Source of the DNA: a bacterium | Lineage (GTDB): Bacteria > UBA10199 > JADFYH01 | Direction of reading: 5' to 3' | Assembly: GCA_046346885.1 (NCBI GenBank) | Contig: JAXMHI010000008.1 | Coordinates: forward strand, 52,049-116,048 | Length of the DNA: 64,000 nt | Part shown: positions 47,978-57,350 of the stretch, piece by piece | Numbering within the stretch: the stretch's first letter is position 1 | How the letters are laid out: the number at the start of each line of letters is the position of its first letter | Notes under the pieces: generated by a model | Database searches by the model: none | Seen by the model: the letters and a program-made list of their open reading frames with translations, nothing else | Told to the model about the DNA's origin: nothing | Position numbers and translations under genes: made by a program

Positions 47978-50900
47978 TCACGCCGACTGCTTGAGTTCCT
48001 TTAAAATCTTATAAAAGTATCCCTGAGAAACCCCCAGCCATTTGATGGCGGTGTAAGGCTTCGCCCCTGAATATTCGTGGGCTGCCTGAAAGACTTTCTT
48101 CACGTAGTCTTGCAGGGTGAGGTTCGCGTCGTAGAGGAAGGGGTTTTGGAAGAGCGCGTTGTTGGCGTTGGCAAGGTCGAATTCTTTGATGCGCTTGTAG
48201 ACGGTGGCCAGCGAGAGGTCGAGTACTTCCGCCGTCTTGGAGGGATTGGATCCCTGAGTTTGATACGCTTTTGCGGTAATCAATTTTTCGTAGTCGTTCC
48301 AAGTCATGTTGGGGTCGTAGAGGTTTTGCCCGTCGATGAGCACCCTCACGCCCGGCGCAGCCCCTTTGCTTATTACCGGCGGCGTCGCGCTTTCGCCTAC
48401 GGCGGCCGCCGCAGGAGACGCGGCGGCTTTCGCGCCCGAATCGATGTTTCGCCGAATTCCGTAGCTGGTCGGGAGCGATTCGTAGGTGAGTTCGTCGTGG
48501 TCGGCCAGGGCGGTGGCCACCGAGATGATGTTTTCCAACTCGCGCACGTTGCCCGGCCAATCGTACTCCAATAATTTTTTCATGAAAGAAGGAGCCAGCT
48601 TCAGATCCCTCTCGATGCCGTGCTGCTTGCGGTACATCGACATGAATTTCTCCGCCAAGAGAGGGATGTCTTCCTTGCGGTTGCGCAGGGGAGGCAGGTC
48701 AATCTTGATTTGGCAGATGCGGTAGAAAAGATCTTCGCGGAAACGCCCCGTCTTGATTTCTTCCTCTAAATTCTTATGGCTCGCCGCGACGATGCGCACG
48801 TCGACGTTGTAGGTTTTCGTGTCGCCCACGGGCGTGATTTCCGCCTCTTCCAACACGCGAAGCAGCTTTACCTGCAGGTTCATGTCGAGCTCTGCCACCT
48901 CGTCTAAAAAGAGCGTGCCGCCGTCGGCCTCGACGAAGAGGCCTTTCTTGTCCTTCGTCGCCCCCGTGAAGGAGCCGGCCTTATGGCCGAAGAGCTCGCT
49001 TTCCATGAGGTTCGCCGGGATCGCTCCGCAGTTGATGGCGACGAAGCGCTTATCTTTTCGGATTTTGTTGTTGTAGTGAAGGGCCTTCGCGATGAGTTCC
49101 TTTCCGGTTCCCGTCTCGCCGTTGATGAAGACGGCCAGCGAGGTTTCGGTGATTTTGTCCAAGAGACGGAAGATGTCGTACATCGCCTTGCTCTTGGCGA
49201 TGATCTTCTCGTAGGAGTATTTCGTCGGGATGTTGATCGACTCTTCCTCCATGATCGCTTGGTAGGCCGACACTTCGTTTTCCGCTTCCTCCAATTTTTT
49301 CCTCAGCTCGAGCTCCGCCTGCTGGTACTGATTGATCAATTTCGCGTTTTCGATCGCGATCCCCACCTGGTCGCAGAAGGCCATGAGCACCTTGAAGTTG
49401 ACCCTCTTGAAGGCGCCGGGGCGATAGCGGTTATCCAAGTAGAGTACGCCCACCGTCTTGTTGCGCGACTGGATGGGCAGGCAGAGGATGGAGCGCAGCT
49501 TCAAGATCATCACCGATTGATATTCATTAAAGCGGTTGTCCCCCGAGGCGTCGTCCGTTTGCACCGGCTCGCCCGAATTCAAGACGCGTTCGGCGATGCT
49601 CGTCGAGATCTGGGCTAAGTTGGGGGAGAGCTCGGCGTTGAGGCAGGCCTTCACTTCGAGCGTGCCCTTTTCGTCCACGAGGAGGATGAGGCCGCGTTCC
49701 GCATGCGAAAGTTCCAGGGCGTTGTGCAAGATCGTCTTCAAGAGAAAGTCGAGGTTGTGCTCCGAGTTCAAATATTTGTTGAGGGTGAGGATATACTCGT
49801 ATTCCTTCTCGAGAGTCGCCAGCCCGCTGCCTGAGTCTTCGTGCACCTCCACGGGGGCGGCCACCTGCTTTTTCACCTCCGGCTTGGGGGAGGGAACCAC
49901 CATGGTCACTCCACCCATCATCTTTTCGATTTCCTTCAAATCTTCTTTCTGTTCCGGCTCCGTGGCGAGTTCGCGGGTTTTCTCCAAGCTTTCCTGGGCC
50001 TCTTCCACCCGCAGTTGGTCGATGTAGAGTCGCGTGAAGGCCCCGTGCACCCAGTAGAGTTGACCTTTGAGGCTGGTATTCTGCTCGATGAGCCCCAGCG
50101 CGTCCCGCAGGGCGTCGCGGGAGACCTCGAATTTCTTCTGCTTGCGCAATACGTCGCCCATCTCGAGCTTGGCGCGGGCGAGAAAGTAAAGTTGGTAGGC
50201 GGTTTTCTGGGGGATGCGCTCTAAGAGGAAGATCGCGTTCACCAAATGGGGGTGCGAGTCTTCGTAGTGTCCCGACTCGTTGTAGATGATGCCCATGTTG
50301 GCGGCGATGGCCGCCTGCGAGTTGATGTCTTGGATCTTCTGGCTGATAGCCAAGGCTCGTCCGTAATAGTGGAGCGAGTTCTCGATGTCGCGGTTCACGT
50401 TGTATACGTTGCCCAAGCCGTTATAGGCGCGCAACAGCAGCTCGTAATAGCGGTGGGCCTTCGAGATTTCCACGCAGGCCTTATATTGCTCGATCGTGTG
50501 GTTTAAATCCTTCAGCGCATAATACACTTCCCCCAAATGATAATGGGTACGGGCGGTGAGGAAGTGGTGATGGATCGACTTGTAGAAATCCAGATCTTTC
50601 TGGAATTGGGCCAGGGCCTTCGGATAGTCGTGCTTCAAATGGTAGACGGTGGCCAGATCGTTATTGAGCACTTCCTTGCGTTCATTTTCCTTTAGTTCTT
50701 CTTCCCACACCTTGTGGGTGTTTTCGAAAATTTTCAGGGCCTCGTCGAGTTTCCCCTCCACGATGCGTGCTCGTCCCATGTAGTTTTCGATGATGAGGCG
50801 CTTGCCCGTACTCAAATCGAATTCTTCCAGAAGGGCGATCGCCGACGAGAAAATCTCTTTCGCCTTGTCCGGTTCGTGGCGCTTTAAGTAAATGACGCCC

Positions 50901-52987
50901 AATTTCTCGTAGACGTCGATCTTCCAGTGGATGTTGTCGCCCAGGTTCTTCACTTCCTTCAGGCGGTTGCGGATCGTGTCGAAGAGTTCGCCCGCCTTGT
51001 TGAGGTCTCCTTCCTTCAGTAAGGCGTCTCCCAGTTTGAGCGCCACATTCATCTGGGTGGTGAGGTCGAGCGAGCCGGATTTTTCGTATGCTTTCTCCAA
51101 AAAATCTTTCGCTTCCCCCGTTCTTCCTTCGCTTAAGGACTTCTCCCCCAGTTCGATGAGCGCCTCCAACGATTCCTTGCCTTGGTCGCTCGATCCCAAA
51201 TGATAGAGGTATTCGCTTTGCCTTAAAGGTTGGTCCTTCAATACTGCGGCAATTTTTTTGTGCAGCGTGTTTTTCTCCGTGGCCTTCAGGTTGGCCACGA
51301 TCGCCTTGCGAAGCAGGGGGTTCTTGAAATCGTAGGATTGGGTGCGGTCTTCCCGCTCCAAAATGCCTTCCTGCGCCAGGTGCGCCACCGTCTCGGGCAC
51401 GGCCTCGGCGCCGGTGAATTTGACGAGTTCCTCGAGGGAAGTCTCGCGGCCCACCAGGCTTAGGGTCTTGAGCACTTTCTTTTCCAAGTCGTTGCGGGTC
51501 TCGAATTGGTGCAGCAAAAACTCTTCGATGGTGGAAGGGACTTGGATCTTCGAGAAATCGATGCCCAAATCCTCATAGGTGGAGGCCTTCCAGCGGCCGT
51601 GACTGTCGAAGAGCAGGCCGCGGCTGATGAGCGCCTTGAGGAGTTCGGAGACGAAGAGGGGGTTGCCTTGGGTGCGTTGATAGAGTTCGTCGATGAGCAC
51701 CGGCGGAGGCGATTCCAAGCCCGTCATGGACGCGACGTAATCGCGCAGCTCCATCTTATTGAAGGGTTCGAGAGGCCAGGCCGCCGTGTCGGGCCCCGTT
51801 TTGAAATCTTCCGTCGTGGCCGCCAAGATCAGAAGGGAAGCGGGAAAGCTCACGAGAAAAGTCTGCAGTTTCTCGTAGTCTTCCCCGTTCAAGTCGTCCG
51901 CCACCACAACGTGGCCCGTTTGAAACTCAAGCGAGACCCCTCGACGGAAAATAAAGACCGGCGCGTTGTTGAGTTGGGCGTGAAAGCGGAACTCCTTGAG
52001 CAAACGGCTCTTGCCGATGCCGCTCGGGCCTTTGAGCAGCAAGATCTTCTTCTCCATGGGGTTGCTTAAGTTCTGCGTGAATTGCCCGAAGATCTCCTTG
52101 AATTGATCCAACTCCTTCTTGCGGCCGATGAGCTGGCCTTCGCCGGGCAGGTAAGAGAGGAGGGTGTCGGTGGTTTCGATGTCGTAATTTTTACCGGAGA
52201 GTTGGTTGAGTTCTCGGATTACCGAGGCCGCGCTCGTGTAACGGTCCGACGGATTTTTCGCCAAGAGTTTTTTGAGGATCGTGTCGAGGTATTTGGGAAT
52301 CTCTTTTCTTAGCTGCGTCGCGGGCGGGGGCGTGAGCGTCTGTTGGCGGTTGAGCGTTTCGGTCAACTGCTCGCTGCGGAAAGGATTCGTGCCCGTCAGG
52401 CACTCGTAGAGCACGACGCCCAATGAATAAAGATCGGCGCGGCCGTCGGGACGGTCGCCCAAGATAATTTCGGGGGCCATATAAGAAGGCGTCCCGGCCA
52501 TCTTTCCTTTTGGTTTGTAGCCAGCCAAGCCGAAGTCGATGATTTTGACGATCTTCTCCGACTTCGCGTCTTTACCCACGAGCATGTTCTGCGGCTTTAA
52601 GTCGAAATGATAGATGGCATGGGCGTGCAGATATTCGAGGGCGCGCAGCGACTGCACGAAGAGGTTCTCGATGGTTTCGACGGATTGATCTCGGCATGCT
52701 TCTAAAAGGTTTGGACCGTCGATGAATTCGGTGGTGAAATAATATTGATCTTGGTTCGCCTCGTAACCGAAGTCGTGAATGCGGGCCACATGGGGATGGT
52801 TCAGCTCTTTGAGCAGCGTGAACTCGTTTTTGAAATTGGCGATGGCTTCTTCTTTCGAAAAACTGATTTGAGAACTTTTGAGAAATTTGAGGGCGTAAAG
52901 GCCGGTAGGATCCTTGGCTAAGAGGACTTCCCCAGAAAAACCGCTCCCCAGTTTCTTGACCACTTCGTATTTGCCGTCAATATTCAC
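47978..52987 (-). CDS. Giant multidomain regulator: non-RD Ser/Thr kinase + P-loop NTPase + TPR repeats + GAF + sigma54-interaction AAA+ domain + two Fis-type HTH
   Basis: 1669 aa. Kinase motifs LGSGFSGEV, ALKFLK, HFDLKPQN, DFGLA, GTPSYMAPE. P-loop LLLKGPSGIGKS. TPR-rich middle. EBP motifs GETGTGKE, GSFTGA, GTLFLDEV, FREDLFYRI, PPLRNRKEDI. C-terminal HTHs. Confidence 0.8.
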   Translation of the reverse strand: MNIDGKYEVVKKLGSGFSGEVLLAKDPTGLYALKFLKSSQISFSKEEAIANFKNEFTLLKELNHPHVARIHDFGYEANQDQYYFTTEFIDGPNLLEACRDQSVETIENLFVQSLRALEYLHAHAIYHFDLKPQNMLVGKDAKSEKIVKIIDFGLAGYKPKGKMAGTPSYMAPEIILGDRPDGRADLYSLGVVLYECLTGTNPFRSEQLTETLNRQQTLTPPPATQLRKEIPKYLDTILKKLLAKNPSDRYTSAASVIRELNQLSGKNYDIETTDTLLSYLPGEGQLIGRKKELDQFKEIFGQFTQNLSNPMEKKILLLKGPSGIGKSRLLKEFRFHAQLNNAPVFIFRRGVSLEFQTGHVVVADDLNGEDYEKLQTFLVSFPASLLILAATTEDFKTGPDTAAWPLEPFNKMELRDYVASMTGLESPPPVLIDELYQRTQGNPLFVSELLKALISRGLLFDSHGRWKASTYEDLGIDFSKIQVPSTIEEFLLHQFETRNDLEKKVLKTLSLVGRETSLEELVKFTGAEAVPETVAHLAQEGILEREDRTQSYDFKNPLLRKAIVANLKATEKNTLHKKIAAVLKDQPLRQSEYLYHLGSSDQGKESLEALIELGEKSLSEGRTGEAKDFLEKAYEKSGSLDLTTQMNVALKLGDALLKEGDLNKAGELFDTIRNRLKEVKNLGDNIHWKIDVYEKLGVIYLKRHEPDKAKEIFSSAIALLEEFDLSTGKRLIIENYMGRARIVEGKLDEALKIFENTHKVWEEELKENERKEVLNNDLATVYHLKHDYPKALAQFQKDLDFYKSIHHHFLTARTHYHLGEVYYALKDLNHTIEQYKACVEISKAHRYYELLLRAYNGLGNVYNVNRDIENSLHYYGRALAISQKIQDINSQAAIAANMGIIYNESGHYEDSHPHLVNAIFLLERIPQKTAYQLYFLARAKLEMGDVLRKQKKFEVSRDALRDALGLIEQNTSLKGQLYWVHGAFTRLYIDQLRVEEAQESLEKTRELATEPEQKEDLKEIEKMMGGVTMVVPSPKPEVKKQVAAPVEVHEDSGSGLATLEKEYEYILTLNKYLNSEHNLDFLLKTILHNALELSHAERGLILLVDEKGTLEVKACLNAELSPNLAQISTSIAERVLNSGEPVQTDDASGDNRFNEYQSVMILKLRSILCLPIQSRNKTVGVLYLDNRYRPGAFKRVNFKVLMAFCDQVGIAIENAKLINQYQQAELELRKKLEEAENEVSAYQAIMEEESINIPTKYSYEKIIAKSKAMYDIFRLLDKITETSLAVFINGETGTGKELIAKALHYNNKIRKDKRFVAINCGAIPANLMESELFGHKAGSFTGATKDKKGLFVEADGGTLFLDEVAELDMNLQVKLLRVLEEAEITPVGDTKTYNVDVRIVAASHKNLEEEIKTGRFREDLFYRICQIKIDLPPLRNRKEDIPLLAEKFMSMYRKQHGIERDLKLAPSFMKKLLEYDWPGNVRELENIISVATALADHDELTYESLPTSYGIRRNIDSGAKAAASPAAAAVGESATPPVISKGAAPGVRVLIDGQNLYDPNMTWNDYEKLITAKAYQTQGSNPSKTAEVLDLSLATVYKRIKEFDLANANNALFQNPFLYDANLTLQDYVKKVFQAAHEYSGAKPYTAIKWLGVSQGYFYKILKELKQSA

Positions 52988-53125
52988 CGTTTTGTCTCCT
53001 CAATAAGGGTGGAATGGCTTATTTTGGACTAAAATATGAGTATATACAAATTAAAATATGTGGTGTCTCTATTCTCCAGAATAAAGAAACGTATTCTAAA
53101 TTTTAAGCCTTTCCCAACTGCATAA

Positions 53126-53154
53126 TTTTAAAATCTTTTAAAATCATATAGTTG
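53126..53154. promoter_or_regulatory. AT-rich upstream element: 2x10-bp tandem repeat TTTTAAAATC plus IHF-like site AATCATATAGTTG
   Basis: Direct repeat at 53126-53145, overlapping a near-match to the IHF consensus WATCAANNNNTTR; located 35-70 nt upstream of the sigma54 promoter. Confidence 0.3.
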
Positions 53155-53179
53155 CTGATTTTAATCAAAATAAAAAGCT

Positions 53180-53195
53180 TGGTACGTGCTTTGCT
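53180..53195 (+). promoter_or_regulatory. Sigma54 (-24/-12) promoter
   Basis: TGGTACGTGCTTTGCT versus consensus TGGCACG-N4-TTGCW has one mismatch and correct GG/GC spacing. It lies 45 nt upstream of the small ORF at 53240 and is divergent from the sigma54-activator gene. Confidence 0.55.
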
Positions 53196-53239
53196 TTATT
53201 GAAAGGGCAATGGTGGGGGCTCTTTAAAAGGAGCAAAAA

Positions 53240-53386
53240 ATGGGTATGGCCCTTCAAGAAATGGATCAAATGATTTTATGCGAGCTCGAAGAGTTGCTCG
53301 AGCATCAGATCAGCCAAAGCAATTTGGAGTTGCAAGAACTCCTCAAAATGAATCCTCAAATTCCTCCTCCCCCCGAAGAGTTATAA
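53240..53386 (+). CDS. Small acidic 48-aa peptide (unannotated in the ORF track)
   Basis: ATG with strong SD AAAAGGAG 7 nt upstream; MGMALQEMDQMILCELEELLEHQISQSNLELQELLKMNPQIPPPPEEL; sits downstream of the sigma54 promoter. Confidence 0.35.
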   Translation: MGMALQEMDQMILCELEELLEHQISQSNLELQELLKMNPQIPPPPEEL

Positions 53387-53582
53387 TTGTTAAAAGTTGC
53401 TCATAGGTCTCCCTTTTCGGGGAAAATAAAGGGGCTTGAGAAGCATTTTATTCGAAGAAAGACTCAACTTTACTCTCCCCCTCTCCGATAAACCTTATAA
53501 GGGACACACGCTTGGGGACGGCTGAAAGTCTATCTTTTTAGGCTTTTGACATCCCCATTCAGAATAAGGTGTAATAGAGATC

Positions 53583-55394
53583 ATGCGGCACACTTTTCTC
53601 CCTTCCAGTCTTATTTCTCCAAAAAAGAACGGAAAGAATTCTTTTATCCAAGGCTTAGGCCGTTTTCTTTTGCTTTTCGCCCTCACGGCTTGTGCCGGGG
53701 CGGGGGCTCCGGGAGGCGGCGCCACGCCGGTGGGTGGGGGAGAAGGTTTAAGCAATGCGGGCGCACCGCCCATTTCGCTTCCCGGACCGGAGGCCCTCAA
53801 TATGAACGGCGTCTCCGTTTCGAGCGACGGCAGCGGCACGGCCACGGTCACCACGGCCCCGGGAACGGGATCGCCGGGCAACTACACGGGCGTGCGCAAT
53901 ATCGGCGACGTGGCATGGTATCAACCGGTGAGAGAATTTTTCATCCGCTCCGCCTATGCGGTGGGGGAAAGCGTCAACCTCCCCATCGGGCCCAACGGTT
54001 CCACCGTGCCTTCGCCTTTTACCATTCCCGCCAAGATCGGCGATTGGCTTGAGTTCAAGCAGTGCTTGAAAGCGAATCCCAATATCTGCAGCGCGGGGTT
54101 CCGCATCGAAGTCATCTTGGGCACGAATAACGGCGGCACCGCCGTGTTCTCCTCGCCCCCCACGAAGTTCTCGATCGATCCGGGCAAGGGTCAGATTTAT
54201 TACATGATGAAGGAACCCAAAAAGGGTTGGGATTGGAAGACCCTGTTCGTCTCCACCGCCTACGCCCAAGAGGCCCACGGGCCCGGCCCCCTCAACGTTG
54301 ATTTAAGCGATTTTACCGCCGCCACCTGCGGCTTGCCTGCTTTTGCTTCCACCCCCGCGCCGACTCCCAAGGATGAAGGCAACGTATGCACGGTGAAGGG
54401 GAATAACCACAACCCGGGCGTCATTGAAGAAGTCGCGAAGATCAACTGCAATCCCCAAGGGGAAAACCGCGGCGTTTATGCCTATGACGACGTGGGAATG
54501 CCTCGGTTGGCCGTTTGGTCGGCCAACAAGCTTATCGTGCTTTCCCATTTGGATTCTCCCACGATCACCCTCGAGAAAAAATGGGTGTATCCCGCGGATA
54601 TTTCCCACGTGCAAAGCATCGGGGGCCATTTGATCGTCTTCCTCGACCGCAAAGGAAACGATTCGCTTCCCCACTTTTACGTCGACACGGCTTGCGCGTC
54701 GAATCCCGTCATCGACAACGTCGAGCAATTCATCGGATTCGACAATAACGGCAGCACTCCCAGCTTCGGTCGGGGAGGCGAGTTCGTGGCCACGGTGAAG
54801 AATCCCCGCGGCTATTGCGCCATCGTGGGCACTTCCACCCGCGACAACCCCGTCGCCTCGGTGAGCGAGGAGTATTGCCAAAGCCTGCCTCTGACCGTCG
54901 TCCAGATCCTTCCGCGGGCGGATGATTCCGTGCCGGTGTGCGGCCTTAATTACGTAGTGTTAAGCCCCAACCGGGGAGAATTGATTTATACGTTCCATCC
55001 TTTTGATTCCGTCCGCGATCCCCGCTGCGTCGCGGAGCCGGCCGGGGAGGCGCGGTCGAAGCATTTTACCATTCCCGGCGCCGTAGCCCCGGTGAGCTTC
55101 GTCTTGGGGAACTCGAGCGCGGAGCGTAACGATCCCGTTTTAGTGGTGCTCGATTCTCCCGCGGATAAGAAATCGAAATTGATTCCGTTCAAGTTGGAAG
55201 CGGTCGGCTACAAGTTCAACCTGGCGGCCGACCCCACGAAGGTGCAGGAGCTCCCGATACGGGGAGCCGCGGTGGGGTACGACCACAATAGTTTCATTTC
55301 CTACCCCTCCGATCTGACGGCGAGCCCGGAGCCTCATAGAACCCGTGGCACGATTTTCGGTTCGGATGCCGAACCAGGGACGTTGATGCGATGA
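53583..55394 (+). CDS. Lipoprotein of unknown function, paralog 1 (Gly/Ala/Pro-rich N-terminal stalk, Cys-containing globular region)
   Basis: Lipobox LTACAG; 603 aa; shares N-terminal ~70 aa and scattered blocks (FTAATC...CNP...LAVWS.NKL) with the next gene. Confidence 0.6.
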   Translation: MRHTFLPSSLISPKKNGKNSFIQGLGRFLLLFALTACAGAGAPGGGATPVGGGEGLSNAGAPPISLPGPEALNMNGVSVSSDGSGTATVTTAPGTGSPGNYTGVRNIGDVAWYQPVREFFIRSAYAVGESVNLPIGPNGSTVPSPFTIPAKIGDWLEFKQCLKANPNICSAGFRIEVILGTNNGGTAVFSSPPTKFSIDPGKGQIYYMMKEPKKGWDWKTLFVSTAYAQEAHGPGPLNVDLSDFTAATCGLPAFASTPAPTPKDEGNVCTVKGNNHNPGVIEEVAKINCNPQGENRGVYAYDDVGMPRLAVWSANKLIVLSHLDSPTITLEKKWVYPADISHVQSIGGHLIVFLDRKGNDSLPHFYVDTACASNPVIDNVEQFIGFDNNGSTPSFGRGGEFVATVKNPRGYCAIVGTSTRDNPVASVSEEYCQSLPLTVVQILPRADDSVPVCGLNYVVLSPNRGELIYTFHPFDSVRDPRCVAEPAGEARSKHFTIPGAVAPVSFVLGNSSAERNDPVLVVLDSPADKKSKLIPFKLEAVGYKFNLAADPTKVQELPIRGAAVGYDHNSFISYPSDLTASPEPHRTRGTIFGSDAEPGTLMR

Positions 55395-57298
55395 AAAAAC
55401 ACCCCCTCCATCTTTTAAGTTTTTTATTCTTCGTTTTAAGCCTGATCGCTTGCGCGGGCGCGGGTGCGCCCGGAGGAGGGGCGTCGCCGGTCGGGGGCGG
55501 CGAGAGCGGCATCGGTACCGGCAATGCGGGCGCCCCACCCATCTCGATTCCCGGGCCCGAGGCTTTGAACATGGACGCCGTCACCGTGAGCGCTCCGGAT
55601 TCCGCGGGCAACGTGACGGTGACGGGGATGACGGGCGCGGGCACTCCCGGCCAAGAAGCGCGGTTGCGCGACATCGGCAGCGTGACGAGCCGCCGATGGC
55701 CCAACAAGATCGAGAAACTCTTTATCCCCAACGCCGTGGCGGCGGCCGGGGGAAGCTGCAACATCAAGGTGCTGCCGGACGGAGCTTTCAAATGCATCAT
55801 CTCCGGAGCGGCCGTGGGCGACTTCATCGCCATGAAGCAATGCGATTTCAGGGGCAACTGCAGCGCCGAGCTCGCCAAGCAAGTGCTCGCCGTCGACAAT
55901 ACTTCGGGTCCCGCGACCATCGTCACGCCCCCGACGGTGAAGGGTATGACGGTCGATTCGAAGGGGAACATCTTTACGAACAGTTCCAATAAATCGTGGA
56001 AGTGGACCGATCTTTTCATCTCAAACGCCTACGGGGCGGATGAAGGTCATGATTCGGAACCTACTCCCCACGTTTCGACGACCGTCTTAACGCCGACCCC
56101 TTCCGTTGTAGGCACCGCTCCCATAAATTTGGAGGGGCGCCTGAACCCTTTACAGGGCTTCACGGCGGCCACTTGCGCCGATCTCCCCGCCGATTATTCC
56201 CCGGCCCCGGCGGCGTCTCCCGCGGGTAAAACCTGTACGCTCAAGAAGACGGGCAGCGACGGGAACGCGGAGGTGCTGGCGACCCTTACGAATTGCAATC
56301 CCGAAGCGGGCGGCATCTACTATTTCGAGCAATCGGCGCAGCAAAAACTCGCCGTTTGGTCGGAGAACAAGCTTTGGGTGATCAACACCAACCAGAAAGG
56401 CCCCTCGGCCGTCGAGGAAAAGCGCGTTTATTGGTCGAACATCAGCGGCGTGCAGGCGATCAACGACGGGGTGGGGTCCGATAACCTTTTCGTCGTGTTG
56501 GAGCAAAAAACCGGCGCCAATTACCCCCTCCTGGCGATCAACCACGATTGCATCGGTTTCGGCTATGTCCGCGAACTTGCGCCGGCCCGCAAAGTGACCG
56601 GTTTCACTTCGTTCGGCAGTTCGTTCATGATGTCCGTCGATTTCGGGCGCGAGTCGTGTCTGGTCTTCGGTTCTTCCGGGGAAATCACGATCGGGGCCTT
56701 AAATAAAGACCCCGTGACCTGCCAGGCCGCCCCCTTCACCGACGTGGGGATCTTGAAGGCGGAGATTTGCGGTCTTCAATACGTCGCGCTCAGCCCCGAT
56801 ACCAAGGAGTTGATCCAGGGTTTCCATGCGACCAATTTGGGTTACGGGGGATGCAATACGCCCAGCTATATCATCTCAAAGAGGTCGATCCAGGATTCCG
56901 GCAAGCCCGTGAGCCTCGCTGTCGGACGGGACCGACATTCCCGGGGAGATAAGGTAGTCGTGCTGGTGACTCCCACCGGCGAAAACGAGCATGCAAAATT
57001 GTTCCCCTTTCAAGTGAACGACCGAGACAATCGCGTCACTCTTCAATCGATGATGCCGGTCGATTTGGGGGTCATGAAGCCGACTCTTCTGCGCTATAGC
57101 TCGAACGGCACGTCGGAAGACGGGCAATTCGTCACCAACGTCGTTGACACGACTGCTTCTTCCAATCGTTCCTCCTACGTGTATCAGCGGTCTTCCGATT
57201 TCAAGACCTTCAACCTGCCGACGGTCAACAGCGATGCCCTGAAGGCTATCGATAAAAATGCCATCGAGCGATCTCCCAATCCTCCCCGCATCCGTTAG
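55391..57298 (+). CDS. Lipoprotein of unknown function, paralog 2
   Basis: Lipobox LIACAG; 635 aa; its ATG overlaps the stop of paralog 1 (ATGA). Confidence 0.6.
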   Translation: MKKHPLHLLSFLFFVLSLIACAGAGAPGGGASPVGGGESGIGTGNAGAPPISIPGPEALNMDAVTVSAPDSAGNVTVTGMTGAGTPGQEARLRDIGSVTSRRWPNKIEKLFIPNAVAAAGGSCNIKVLPDGAFKCIISGAAVGDFIAMKQCDFRGNCSAELAKQVLAVDNTSGPATIVTPPTVKGMTVDSKGNIFTNSSNKSWKWTDLFISNAYGADEGHDSEPTPHVSTTVLTPTPSVVGTAPINLEGRLNPLQGFTAATCADLPADYSPAPAASPAGKTCTLKKTGSDGNAEVLATLTNCNPEAGGIYYFEQSAQQKLAVWSENKLWVINTNQKGPSAVEEKRVYWSNISGVQAINDGVGSDNLFVVLEQKTGANYPLLAINHDCIGFGYVRELAPARKVTGFTSFGSSFMMSVDFGRESCLVFGSSGEITIGALNKDPVTCQAAPFTDVGILKAEICGLQYVALSPDTKELIQGFHATNLGYGGCNTPSYIISKRSIQDSGKPVSLAVGRDRHSRGDKVVVLVTPTGENEHAKLFPFQVNDRDNRVTLQSMMPVDLGVMKPTLLRYSSNGTSEDGQFVTNVVDTTASSNRSSYVYQRSSDFKTFNLPTVNSDALKAIDKNAIERSPNPPRIR

Positions 57299-57350
57299 TT
57301 CGCCCGTGGCGATTGACACCTTTCTCCCTACCCCCTAAAGTGCGGCCCCT

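Noticed and set aside
53548-53582. Sigma70-like TTGACA-N18-TGTAAT immediately upstream of the first lipoprotein gene
   Set aside because: The -10 element would end only ~7 nt before the ATG, implying a leaderless transcript. This is ambiguous, and the operon is more plausibly driven from the sigma54 promoter upstream.
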